Positions 1 through 12,689 of a stretch of 64,000 nt of DNA are shown here, piece after piece. A program made the translations under genes and the position numbers. Source of the DNA: Azolla caroliniana (lineage: Eukaryota > Plantae > Polypodiophyta); assembly GCA_043228905.1 (NCBI GenBank), contig JBHGNT010000001.1, positions 5,580,001-5,644,000 of the forward strand, read 5' to 3'. Every line of letters begins with the position of its first letter. The stretch's first letter is position 1. The notes under the pieces were generated by a model that was given only the letters and a program-made list of their open reading frames with translations, was not told where the DNA came from and searched no databases.

Positions 1-1093
1 GAGAGAAAGGGGGGGGGGGGGGGGGGGAGAATTCAAAGTACAAAGTGGCAGTTAATGAATGATGAGTACACACACAAACACGTACATATGTACATATAAT
101 ATATATATGTATGTATGTAATCTATATGTGTGAACTTGAGTCTATAGAAATTTAGATATAGATAGATATAGGTGAGCAAACCCCGTGATTTTGTAATATG
201 TAGTAAGTAAGTAAAAGCAGCATTGTTGGTGGGGTTTGATTCCCTTCCCCCCCCCCAACCCAAACAAAAAAAACATAGCCCTCTCTCATATTCATCCCAT
301 GTATGCATGTCTCATGTTTCTAATCAGCCTTCTCGTTCACTAAACGTGTAGTTGTAGTTGAGTACACATTTATTTACATGTACCCTCACTTTGGTTATGC
401 GGGACAGGACTGTACTCTATCCCCCATTTATTTCGTCTATTTCACCCTGTCGTCCTTTTATGCATGCCACTCTAAATAAAGACTTGGAACCAAAGGTGTT
501 AAACGTGATGATGTCGACGCCTTTGGGATGTACGATCATGTGTATGTGGTGATGTCTCCAAGACTTTAGAGAAGTACATAAGACGTTGGAGAGCAAGCCC
601 CGCATTTGAGAAGTTCACATTGTCACGAAGTATGTATATTTTGTTGTGCTTGAGGTTTTGAGAAATTGTGTTAAAGTTCGTGTAGTTACAAATAGCTTGA
701 TGAATGATTTGGGATTCTAATACATTATTAAGGAAGCCCCTTTTCTATCAATAGATTCCCTAATTAAAGAGAGAGCAAAAAAAAACCATTGAAACCCTAA
801 CCCGAACTCATGCAAATGAGGAGAAATAGAGAAAGTGGGTTGGGGGGACAAAGCAAAGCCCAAAAGGTTAAAGAGATATCAATAAAAACAAAACCCCTCG
901 ATCCTAACACTAACTCCCCGAAAGAGAGAGAGAGAGTGAGGTGGAACCTATATTTTGTCATGCATTTAAACTCATCATTTATTAGAAAAATAATAACATT
1001 TAACGATCTGATCCATGCATACCATCCCGTGACCACGCGATTAACTGAATCCATGCAAACCACCATATGACCACTTGAGCCACCAAATCCATG

Positions 1094-1271
1094 CTGACCA
1101 CCGACATCCAACCCCTTGTGAATATAATCCACACCCATCACCTACCAATAAGAATTAAGAGTGTGCACCTATCAAATACACTGACCACCGACATCCAACC
1201 CCTTGTGAATATAATCCACACCCATCACCTACCAATAAGAATTAAGAGCGTGCACCTATCAAATACACTGA
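1094..1271. repeat. 87-bp tandem duplication (2 near-identical copies)
   Basis: ctgaccaccgacatccaacccc...cacctatcaaataca starts at 1094 and again at 1181; one substitution seen (gtgtgc/gcgtgc). Confidence 0.95.
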
Positions 1272-1599
1272 TACGAGGTAAGAGCTTTGAGAGATAGGTG
1301 GGTGAGAGAAAATGGCCTCTCCAAGCGTGGTCCAACAAAGACTTGAACTTCCAAACTCTATATGTACCAACAACAACTTGCTTTAACCAACCCACCAAAA
1401 ACTTTCATTTTTGAACTATTTCCTTTTACTATAAATTTACATAGTCATGCATTCTTATTGTTTTCTTGTCACAAACCCACAACTTCACAACATGTAGAAT
1501 ATACTTGTAATTCTTTTAAAAAAACTAAGGACAGTTCATTCATGAGCAAGGGTTCTTTTGCAAAACAATCAAACTCTATAAACTAAAATATTACGACAA

Positions 1600-3680
1600 G
1601 ACACTTGAGTTAAGTTAAATGCTATTGTAATATTGACATGGGACTTTTTAACTCCACTTGAGGATCTTGCACTTAAAAAATTTGACTCGTTTGACAAGCC
1701 TTATCTATGGATGAAATAAAAGCTTTAATAAAAAGCATGGACACACGGTTTTATGATGGCTTTAAGTTACTTGATATGTCTAAGGTGCATGGTAGAAATA
1801 AACTTTTCTGGATATAACCGTGAAGGAGGATCTAATAAACCTTAGACTAGATTTAAACCTTTGGCCAAGCATAATAAAATACTTGTGATCTTATCATTTG
1901 AGTGAATGGGATCAAAGGCTTTTAAGGAGTCTAGTCTTTAGATATCAGGGCAGGTAAAGAAGATCAAAGAATTTATAGGAGCACTATCATTAGGGCTTGA
2001 TGATTGATTAAGATAAGTTAGGTCAATTTCACCATGAAAGGTAGGAAATATAGAACTATTGGCAATGACAACAAATTATTGGTTCGGTAACAAATGGGTC
2101 GAAAAGCACATTGGGACACCAAAAAATAGAATGTGAAGAGATTTCAAATAATATGTAGGCTAGGATTCAAACTCGGATGCAACCTTTAAGGTTTTCTACT
2201 TGAACACTTTGGCTTCCACACAATATGATCAAGGATTTTGATGGATATCATTAAAATTTCAGTCACACCAATGTGGTTACCTTTAATGTTAAAATAATGG
2301 AAAAAACACACGTTTTATGTTTATATGATGTGGAAGCCAAAGTAGTTGGTTGGACAAAGTTATAAATCTTTGTGTGAAAGTGTGTGTTCCTCTTGGTTTG
2401 ATCTCAGGTGTCCATCTTCTTGGATCAACCACATGCAACCTTTTGAACAACATTTGACTTCCTACTTTGCACTATGAATCTAGCCTTAGCCACAGACAAT
2501 GTGCCAAACTTGACTAGTGTAACACAAATCTTCTCTTTCTCATAGAGGATATTTGAACCCCATAAATATGTGAATGGTATATCTCTCAGAATTATGCGGA
2601 TATATATATTTTAAAACATGGTTAATATCAAGAACTAGATTGTTTAACTTTGTCTCAAAATGGTTCTTACGCATCATGGGTACCACTTTTGGAAGAAAAG
2701 TATTTGTTTTAAGAAACATAAATTGATAATTTTAGAAAAATCATATTTCCTTTGGTAGTATGAGAACATGTTCATGCTTTCTATTATGAATAAATGTTCG
2801 ATAATTGGACTATAGTTTCTGTCTTTCACCCTTCCCATATAATCCTTATGACTTGTTGCCATTGTACATGACATTGTGCCAACACATACAATTTTGTGTT
2901 TCAAATGTTTGATTAAGATTTTGTTTTTTACTCGTTCCACTTTACATATTGGGTATTGAACTCAAATTCTACTGTACATTTAAACCTTGTCTTTCTCTAC
3001 AAAGAGAGAATGTGTGTGTGATGAAATGTAGGACTTTTAGGGCAAAGATACATGCCACAAATATTTCATTAAGAATTTTTTTACTCGTCCCACTTTACAT
3101 AATGGGTATTGAACTCCAATTCTACTATACATTTAAACAATTGTCCCTCTATAGAGAGATATCTGTGAGAATAACTAAAATTTGTCATTCGAGGTGACAA
3201 AGGGCCTCATTGATGTGTGACGAAATGTAGTGTTTTTAGGGCAAAGGGTGATTCCGATGTAGCCCTTCGAAAGCAAGAGGTTTTTAAGAAGAGATGAGAA
3301 AGGCTGAATGTCTTCTTCATGTTTAACGATTTAACACATTGGAGGTATCATCCACCTCTATGGGTATTTCCTCAACCGACATGAGGCACGTGGGTTGTGG
3401 CCATGTACAACCAATTGATGAGGGAAACGAAGTTAATGAGGAGATCATTCACTGTGACAAGGGATTGTTAGAAAAACATGTTGTATTGTACTTAGCAATG
3501 CTTTGGTAGATATGTATGCAAAATGTGGTGCACTAATGAACGTATGTGGCAGCCTAAGAGCATTTGAAAATGGTAAAAATCCATGATGAAGTTCTCAAGA
3601 ATATTTGGAAGTGTCCATGTATCATTTAAATCACTTTAGACATAATATACACCATTGTAGGAAAAAAGAAAAGAAAAAAG
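1600..3680 (+). mobile_element. Highly degraded L1-type LINE, 3' part
   Basis: 3338-3376 translates HWRYHPPLWVFPQ, resembling the C-terminus KWNYVPPRWLFPP of the L1 near 23860. SKV...REGG...LAK remnants near 1780-1870 resemble the L1 'KVxW...KxxGGLG' block. A-rich end near 3660-3680. Boundaries approximate. Confidence 0.45.
2924..3246. repeat. Imperfect local duplication (~150-bp spacing)
   Basis: ttttttactcgt(t/c)ccactttacata(t/a)tgggtattgaactc...acatttaaac at ~2924 and ~3076; gtgtga(t/c)gaaatgtag...tttagggcaaag at ~3016 and ~3215. Confidence 0.8.
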
Positions 3681-5399
3681 GTACATGCCACAAGGCATGC
3701 GAAAACATCTTTAGTTATTGGAAAGACTGTATATGTGCTCATTCGGTTCGAGATTTCAATAATGAGGTTTGAATTTATGAAAGAGAGTAGATTATCTCAG
3801 TGGAAGAAAGATAGACAAATAGGAGATTCTTGACATGATAGGATGTGCAAGGTAAGGTGTGTCTCAAGTTCAACTTTATTTCTTTTGTAAATAACATTAC
3901 CTCGTTTGTAGGCATGTTCGTCTCATTCTTCCAAACACGTATCCAAAGCCGAAACCAAGGAAATCTAGCTTCGAGGATGATTCACGGGTTTAGGCTCTAC
4001 TACGATGAATCAATGTTTACGCTACAATTAGGACATGTCACGAGTCACGACCACCACTTTACCCATAGTGGCTTTGATCGAGACTTTGAAAAAAAATATA
4101 GTACATAGCATATAGAACTTGCATTACAAATCTGGAAATGGTGCATCAATTATTGGAGCTCTACATGCCAGAGGCTAATCGTCGAAGTGTTCTGATTTAA
4201 ATGAATTTTACGATCCTAATGGTTTGCGTGTGGTTGGCATTCAGCTTCTAGGCTTTCATGTGAACCCACATTCCTAAATGACAACTATAAAGTAGATTCA
4301 GATGAGTTAGGAACAGAAAAAGCAGAGGAAACTCCCATCCCAATCATGTGGTTGTTGTACTCTCTGGTCCATCTACCAAAAGGCATAACAGCATTCCATG
4401 TTACACACACATACAACGATTTTGAGCTAACTGTAGATTTAATTAGTTCATTTGTTGTGACGTGTCATTCAACCCCTCTAGCATATCAACCGCCACCAGT
4501 TTAACGATGATGCTACAGAGATAGATGCCCTGGCTATACTTGAAACGTGGCAATGTTCCTGGACTTGTTTAATTTGCTGGAGATCCAATCAATAGTATGC
4601 TCTTCCGAAACCTTTTCACTATTCCTTTTGTTCAAAGAGTAATGTTGTCACATTCGCGCTGTTCAGGTCGTAGAAAAGAGTACAGTTGGTTTGAATGACG
4701 TAAATCTATATTTAGGAGCGAATAATCCTTGTGCATGATCTCAAATTTGGAGTTGCCTGCAGTGTTTCATATTTGAAGATAGCATTAAACAATCCATAAT
4801 ATAATTGATTAAATGGTTCAGCTTTTAGATTTCGTAAATCAATCGAGTGACCCAATTACATTTTGGTGAATAGCTCCACCATATTTCGATTACTAGATCA
4901 GTTTAAGCTCTCGATTATATTGACATCAATTGGTTAATTACACTACCGTTTCAGATTTCAATGAAGTTAGTCTTATGACCCAATCCTAATCCTAGTCAAG
5001 CTAGATAGGTCTAATGATCTAATTAAATTTCAACTCAATTAGCCAGTGTTAGAAAAAAATAAAAATCGAACATGTTTGGCACTAAGCTTTGCATGAATGC
5101 CATTAAATGTATTTTCAATGACAACCATTGGCATTAAATGTCTTACATGATCATCTAACGTCATTAGGGGACCTTATACACTGACTTCTATAGATAAAAT
5201 GCCTTACAAAGCGTTTCCCATACTACATTCATGGGTTTGAAGAATGTAGTAGGAAAAGGGATAAAAAATAAATGGTGGATATGGATAAAGAATGACGTTT
5301 AGAGTTAGGAGCTCTTTCTGGATAATTCCTCGATCCTCGCTTAAGATTGCCAATATTTATGTTAAGCAAGAATGTGAGTAAGTTGTGACCCATGCATGT

Positions 5400-5689
5400 C
5401 CTTCGCCTCTATATTTGAGATGGTTGGATATTAGATCCTTCTTTGTCATTCCCTTGGCCCTTTCAATAAGTATGATTGACATATGATTTGAGCAAATATT
5501 CCTTGGTATTGTGGGAGATGACAACTCAATCAATTAGGGTATGCTCATGAGAGACGCAATGTTTTAGATTGATGCCCATTCTCTATAGTGAAGAATATCC
5601 TTTGATAGATCAAATGCATGGCCATCATTTTCCTCTTTGATGCATCACTTGTAAAGATTGCCTCTCAAACATTTTGTGGAGAGAGAGAG

Positions 5690-5736
<47 letters not shown>

Positions 5737-6900
5737 GTATTCATGCTTTATATGTACTGATGGATAGAGGATCAATAAGCTTTACATGTGTAGATCATTG
5801 CTCAAGTATCCCAAGGGTTGATTTGCTCTTGTCAATCAAACTTCTTTATCACCAAGAGAATTGTGTCCCTTAAATGCAAATAATCCCCAATTAGACACAA
5901 TGTCACACATGTTCCACGACCTCTAGAGAAATTACCTGTCAAAATATTTTGTCCATGCTACAAAGGTGTTAAATATCATTGATTTAATCTTTCAATCCTT
6001 CATAAACCACGACTTCACTATGATGAAGCTAGATATAGAATTTGACCTTCCTCTAGTTGAATTGTCCTTGTAATAGTCTTGTATAAAGCATTCATTTATC
6101 TATTGCACCTTCCCGTGTACCCCCTATTGTATCAAATGCTCAATAAATCTTTGTGGAGCAAAAATAGATATTTTTGTTTGTTGCTCAAGAGAGTCATGTA
6201 TATTTGCTCTTCATGTAACAATAAGATGTATAATAGTGTAATGTTTCTCGCATCCACCTTGTCCAAAAGGGATTTTATCCTTTTTCCTAAAGCAATTGAC
6301 TTGATCAACACATTTTGGCCAATGTTTTATAAACCTTGATTGTCCTATAGTTACTAGGATCAATTCTATCTCGCTTTTATCTATCGATACATCAATCTAT
6401 CTAAGTTTTTGGGAAGTCCTCCAAGAATTTTTGAGAAGCCCTTCGACACTAACAAACTGAACTTTTGAGCAAGCAAGCCATCATCCTAGGTTGTTCCATT
6501 CTTTGCCACACTTTCACCTTGTTCTGTTGATTCCTAACAGCAAGTAGTAACTGTTGCACATTCATTCCATCTATGTTAGAGAAAAAATTATCGGCAAATC
6601 ATGCCATAGTTTGGATGGGTATGCCAATTTATTGGAGACCAAGAGATTGTGAGTTTAATCTATTAATGTGGCTTACCACTAGGGTACAATCATTTACAAT
6701 ATATGTTTGGAAATAACCAAAGACACATTCATTGATCCCATGGCCCAAGCTAAGTTTCTCTTCGCTTCAAAATGTGATCAATTTCAGATCTTTAATTCCA
6801 TCACCACACCTTTATCAAATAGATAGAGACAAAATCAAAACGTTTGAATGGTTGAGATATAATGTAGGTGACACCATATGCCTAGTTCACTGAAGTCCAC
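5400..6900 (-). mobile_element. Degraded L1-type LINE reverse transcriptase remnant
   Basis: Minus-strand fragments IALGKRIKSLLDKV (cf. LINE RT 'KALAxRLxxLLPxI') and HAFDLSKDI (cf. 'FxLxRSIRQG'), with many stops and frameshifts. Boundaries approximate. Confidence 0.45.
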
Positions 6901-6913
6901 ATCAATATGGTTA

Positions 6914-6962
6914 TGTAAAGAATCTAGAGTGATTCTATGCAACAGAATGTGTATCTATCTGT

Positions 6963-7033
<71 letters not shown>

Positions 7034-7584
7034 AGAATTAGAATTAGAATTTTTATCGTCCATAAAGTGACCAAATTTGACCTATGGGACTAGAGTATAC
7101 ATGTGTTCTTGATATGTGTCTCCTTCCTAAGAAGGGAGTATTCATACATTGAAGAGACTTGGTATGTGTCTCCTTCCTAAGAAGGGAGTATTCATACATT
7201 GAAGCACCAAGTCTCGATGTGTGAATAAAGCATACACATATGAGCTCAACCTTCTTGGTGGTGTCTTAAGTATGGCACTTAAGTTATCACTTGAGAGAGG
7301 GTGAGAGAGAGAAAACACAGAGTATACAGAAAATAATAAAACTGTATTAACAAGAATAATAGCCAACAATTAACAAAGAGAAGGAGAAGGTGCTTAGGCA
7401 GTCACCTTCTCTCTAAGTTCTCTCACTAGAACCGCCTATGGAGTCTTAACTACTTAATGAATATGTGTCATAGGGCATTAACTTCTATGACACACTAGTT
7501 ACTATACAAGGAGGTGGGATGTTCACACACTTGAGCATCCTAGAGTGTGTTCCCACACAGGGAAGTTGAGTTTGATTCTCAACA
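6914..7584 (-). repeat. 3' LTR of Copia element, interrupted by a LINE fragment
   Basis: TG...CA termini; aligns with 12326-12689 once ~7030-7292 is removed. Confidence 0.9.
7030..7292 (-). mobile_element. 5'-truncated RTE-type LINE 3' end with (TTCTAA)n tail, inserted in the LTR (GA)n tract
   Basis: Absent from the sister LTR and flanked by GA repeats. Minus strand encodes DNLSAILKTPPRRLSSYVYALFTHRDLVL, then a 3' end shared with ~28713-28800 and ~48620-48730. Contains a ~50-bp tandem duplication (7113-7204). Confidence 0.75.
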
Positions 7585-7765
7585 CGCCCCTTCAAACACA
7601 ACTTTCCATCGACGGATAGTTGGTTCGGGTTGGTCTTCGGTTGTGGATGGCCGGCTCACTCATGTGTCTGCTCTGCTCCATTTGACTTTGTGTTACATGG
7701 CTCCTTATCCATATCCCCATCAAGCTCGGCTGATCGGAAATAGAAAGACCTAGGTTCGTTGTGAA

Positions 7766-10700
7766 CTAACGTAGTTTGTCGGCTCCCGGGGTCTTTGTGA
7801 AGATGTCGGTCGTCTGCAGGTGCGTGCTGATGTGTTGTAGGTTGACATGTCCGGCCATGACATACTCTCGGATGAAGTGATAGTGTTCCTCAATGTGCTT
7901 GGTCCGAGCATGAAAGACTAGGTTGCGGGCCAAGTGGATGCTGCTCATGTTGTCGCAGTGGAGGAGAATCAGATCCTTGATGGGAACGCCTAGATCCTTC
8001 AAGATTTGTTTCAGTCAAATGGCTTCGCATGCAGCAACAATTGTGCCCCTATATCCTACTTCTGTGCTCGAAAATGCGTATGTCAGTTGCTTCTTACTGC
8101 TCCACGATATGGCTTTGCTACCAAGGGAGAAGATGAATCTTGATGTTAATCATCTGCCGGCTTTGTAGTTGGCCCAATCGGCATCGGTGTACCCTTTGAG
8201 TCGAATTGGTGAGGTAGAATTGTAGAGGATGGCGTAATCCACGGTTCCACTCACATACCTTTGTACTTGTTTAGCACAGTCCAGGTGAATGTCACAAGGA
8301 GTCTGCATGAACTAGCTAAGGAGGCCAACCGGATAACTGAGGTCGGGCCAACTGCATAACTGGTTAGACAAATTAAGCTTCTAATGAGTAGGCTCACACT
8401 TTTTTTTGCCATACTCGACATCTAGCTTTAGGTTTCGATTGAGAGGGGTAGCGACGGGCTTACACTTTGTCATCCCAAACATGAAGAGCAAATTGAGGAT
8501 ATAGTGTTGTTGGGAGATCATGATGCCGTCTGGAGTCCGAATTACTTCTATCCCTAGAAAGTAATGGAGCTCCTTCATGTCTTTCTTTTTGAATTGGCCC
8601 TCCAATGACCAAATCCACATATATTATGATAAATACATGTGCTCTAGAGTCGCTTTGGATGAACAGAGAGTTGTCGAACTTGGACATTTTGAAGCCGGTT
8701 GGTGAAGATATTGGGTTATCTTTGAATGTCATGCTCTGGGTGCCTGCTTGAGGCCATAGAGAGACTTTTTGAGTCGACTTACCGCTTGCAGGTGTGCTAC
8801 ACTTGATTTGAAACTAGGTGGTTGTACCATGTATACCTCCTCCTCTAGTTCACCTTGGAGAAAGGTGTTCTTGATGTCCATTTGGTGGAGGTGCCACCGT
8901 TGGTTGTAGGAATTTTTGCCACTGGGGCAAAGGTCTCTTCGTTGTCGACACCATGTGTCTGAGCATAGCCCTTTGCCACTAGCCGGGTCTTATACTGGTT
9001 AACGGTGGCAATGGCGTTGTGCTTCACTTTGAATATCTATTGGTATCCAATTTCCTTTTGGTGGCATGAAGAGGGGACGAGATCCCATGTCTCGTTCTTG
9101 GAGAGTGCTTGCATGTCCTCATTCATCGCTTTGACCCACTGTGGGTCCTTAGTGGCTTCCGAAAAGTTTCCCGAGTCCCGAACTATCGCCACCTTCATCA
9201 TAAAGGCATAGTGATATGTCATGTAGTCGTCGTAGCCAAATCGGCTAACTACGTTCTTTTCTCGAGTGGAGCGACATGGTGGTTCCCTTGTCTTCATAAA
9301 AACTTTCTTGGCTCTTGGTGTCCTCATGATAGGAAGACATGAGGACACCATGCTCATGCCAAAGGAGAGTCCAATCTTAACCAAATTAAGTGGACACGTC
9401 ACAGCCAAGTCCAAAATTGGAAAAAGGAAAAGCCAAAATCCCTAAGTACGAAGACCCAGATGGAAACGAATCTGCTCACGCACTCAACTGTGAGTACGAT
9501 GGATTGGATTGAATGGAGCGGAGTTGACTATGTACTAGGATGCTGATTCGTCGAATACGACTATCCCTACTCACTCGTACCTTCCTGGTGCAGGGGTTGA
9601 AACACTTATACCCCTTTTGTTTGAGTCAAGGATATCTTTCTCCAACATAGGATTGAGCTTCTACCACTTCTTGTCGGGAATATGTATGTACGCGATCGAG
9701 ACGAATATCGTGCCGTCAGATAGATACAACTTCTTTCCATATAACCTCTCGTGGGGGGTAATATTGTGCAGTGATTCATTCGAAAGACTGATGTGTTGGC
9801 CGCTTTAGCCTACTACGATTTTGGTAGATGTTTCTCATCATTTCATCAATTCCCTTGCCACCTCGAGAATGTGCCACTTCTTTCCTTTGGCTACTTCGTT
9901 TTGCTGAGGTGTGTGTCGGCAAGTAAACTCTCGTCAGATTCCTTCTTGTCGAAGGTATGTTGTGAAGGCGTCGGAGAAGTACTCCTTGTCGCCGTCTGAT
10001 CGAAAGCATTAGACATGCCAATCGATTGCCTTTTTTATTTGAATTTCTGGAAGTCCAAGAACACCACTCTTCTACCACATAGGGAATATCTAGGTGTGCT
10101 TGGACAAGTCGTCGATGAACAACACGTAGTATGGCAACCACTGAATGTTGTCATTTGGGATGGTCCCCATATGTCTAAATGTATTACATCCAAGGTATCT
10201 TTGCTCACGTTCCTCTCCTTTGGGAACAACTGTTGGTGTTGTTTACTGAATTGGTAGGCTTCGCATATGCATGCAATCTCCTTCTCGATAAAGGTCAGGA
10301 GTTAGATGATGACTCCTTTTGACTGCATTCTGTAAAGAATCGGATATGATTCTTGTGAAGTGGAAGAGAAGCGTGTTATGTGTATGTGTGTGAGGAAAGA
10401 GAGGAGAGAAGATAAAACACAAGATAGATTAGATAGAATGGAAAATGGAATACTCAAGAAGAAGATGTATATTTACAAGGAGAATATGAGATACAAAAAT
10501 GTAGCATTACAAGGAGTCACAATCAACACAACATGAAGTAGGAAGGTGCTTTATTTAAGGTCACCCTCTCTCTTCATTAACTCACTACAACGCCCACTCT
10601 CTCTCTAGAACCTTGAGGATTGTGAAGACTCATTAGTTATGGGGAACATGGAACTCATTAGTTATGTGTTATAGAATATGATTTTATGACACATGTTAAT

Positions 10701-12180
10701 GTGTAGAATGTAGTGTGACTCTTGACCTTTGAGTGCTCGTAGATTCTCAAAGGGTGTGTTCACACACAATGTTAGGTTGAGCTTGATTCCTTTGAGCTTC
10801 TGAAGATTGATGTGGCCTATCCTTTTGTGCCACAACTCTATATCGACGTTGGTTCCATGACCCTTGGCAAACATTGCCGATTTCATCTCGTGAGGATCAA
10901 GAATCAACATCTGACCTTCTCTCCGGCTCCCGCGATAATTAAGACTTCCTTTTCTATAAAGCATCCTCCGTCATTGAACTGAACTTGCATGCCCTGTTCC
11001 ACAATATGGCCAATAGAGACAAGATTCTTCGTTATTGTCGAAACATGCAAGACATTTTTGATGTAGCTCTGGTTGCCCTCTTCGTCGAATGGGACATTCT
11101 CGACATATTGAATGGGATGAATTATGTCATCCCCAATTTCTACATAGTCAGGTCATTCAAGCTTTCGTAGCTCTTGGAACCAATCTTTATGAGACATCAT
11201 GTGATTGGATGCACCCGAGTCAACAAACCATACATTGTCTGAGTTGGAGGCGTTGGCCGGGTTGGAGGCCGTCATTAAGTTTGCTCTGTGCCTTATTACA
11301 AACATTCCCCCATGAGCATCGTAGTCGGAGTTTGAGGCGTAGTTGGTGAGTTGTTGGGTTGTGGAGGCCAACTCACTCTTCTTCCTTGACACTCTGCCTC
11401 TTAGTGACCAAATTTGCCAAGTATCCACACTCGACAGAGTTGTTTTGACGTCTAGGTCCGACATAATTGCTCCCCCTTCTAGAAGACGCTCTGCTTCGCA
11501 AGTTTGCCACGTCTTGTCGGTAGAAGAAGTTGTGCTCATGGGACTACCTTTGGTTGTTTCGACCTTGGCTTGATTGGCCCCTTCTTCCATGGCCTTGCCC
11601 TCTGCCTCGTGTAAAGCATTTGTCAGTCTAATTCGTTGCCTCTTGTTCGGACGTGGTTTTCTTTGACCAATAGCATCGACTGGAGAGCAAACGAGGGAGG
11701 ATTCTCCTTCGCGAGAACGGTCGATCGTATGGCACCGAACCGAGGTGCCAAGCCTTTGAGGCATATCTAAACCATTTTGTCATTGTCAATGTTAACATTG
11801 ATTGACCCAAGGGAGTCACACAACTCCTTGATCTTCAAGGTGTGGCTACCAATTGACATATCCCTTTGTTATATATTCAATTCTTCTCGAAGTTGTGTTG
11901 ATCGCGAATATCTTTTTGAGGTTCCCCATGCCTCTTTTGGCATTTTGGCCTCTCGAATGTAGCCAAGTATATGATCATGAACGCATGATGCTAGGCAATA
12001 CAACACGTGACTCGCAGCTTGCTCCCAAGCTAGGTGGTCAGCATGTGTTGGGTTAGGTTGATTTTTTCTTGTGCTACTTCGACGTAACTCTAATATCCCT
12101 GGCCGACAAGGTACTACTGCAACTTGTACTCCCAAGATGCGTAATTGTTTCTATCGAGTTTCTCGATACGAAGAGCGCTT
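7766..12180 (-). pseudogene. Copia gag-pol remnant (gag, aspartic protease, GAG-pre-integrase, integrase, RT, RNase H)
   Basis: ORF fragments: WFVDSGASNHM (PR), LWHKRIGHIN (pre-IN), LDVIHLDIWGP (IN), YKTRLVAKGYAQ and ELHYFLGIEV (RT), LHCDNMSSIHLARNLVFHARTKHI (RH). Multiple frameshifts and stops. Confidence 0.93.
10331..10789 (-). mobile_element. Solo LTR of a related Copia family nested in the pre-integrase region
   Basis: Starts tgtaaagaatc like the host LTRs and ends gtgtgttcacacacaatgttaggttgagcttgattc (cf. host gtgtgttcccacacagggaagttgagtttgattc). Splits the host frame QKLKG|MQSK. Confidence 0.85.
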
Positions 12181-12325
12181 CCCATCTGAGTATTCATGAT
12201 AATTGATTTGATACGAACTATGTAGATTGTTGCTACAACGATCAACCGATTCTTCGTGAACATCGACGTATACACATCCTGGGCGGATGGGCTTGGATTA
12301 AGCTACTAACTTCGCTTTGATAGTA

Positions 12326-12364
12326 TGTAAAGAATCGAGAATGATTCTATACACCGAAATGTGT

Positions 12365-12404
<40 letters not shown>

Positions 12405-12689
12405 AACACAGAGTATACAGAAAATAGTAAAACTGTATTAACAAGAATAATATCCAACAATTAACAAAGAGAAGGAGAAGGTGCTTATGTAGCACTTTCT
12501 CTCTATAAGTTCTCCCAATAGAACCGCCTCTTGGGAAAGAGGTGGAGATTTAACTACTTACTAAATAGGTGTCATAGGGCATTAACTTCTATGACACACT
12601 AGTTACTATACAAGGAGGTGGGATGTTCACACATTCGAGCATCCTAGAGTGTGTTCCCACACAAGGGAAGTTGAGTTTGACTCTCAATA
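12326..12689 (-). repeat. 5' LTR of Copia element
   Basis: Adjacent to the PBS and followed by TSD GGTTA; terminal CA mutated to TA. Confidence 0.9.

Larger units (their letters stand above)
6914..12689 (-). mobile_element. Full-length but decayed Ty1/Copia LTR retrotransposon
   Basis: LTRs at 6914-7584 and 12326-12689, both starting tgtaaagaatc on +. TSD GGTTA at 6909-6913 and 12690-12694. PPT (ttgaaggggcg on -) at 7585-7595. Degenerate tRNA-Met PBS at 12314-12325. Domain order gag-PR-IN-RT-RH on the minus strand. Confidence 0.95.

Noticed and set aside
4000-4750. Moderately GC-richer stretch that looked like decayed coding sequence
   Set aside because: The frames I read by eye gave no recognisable motif.
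5080-5150. Weak similarity to 31800-31840 (gcatgaa(a)tgc...atggcatt)
   Set aside because: Too short and AT-rich to distinguish from chance.
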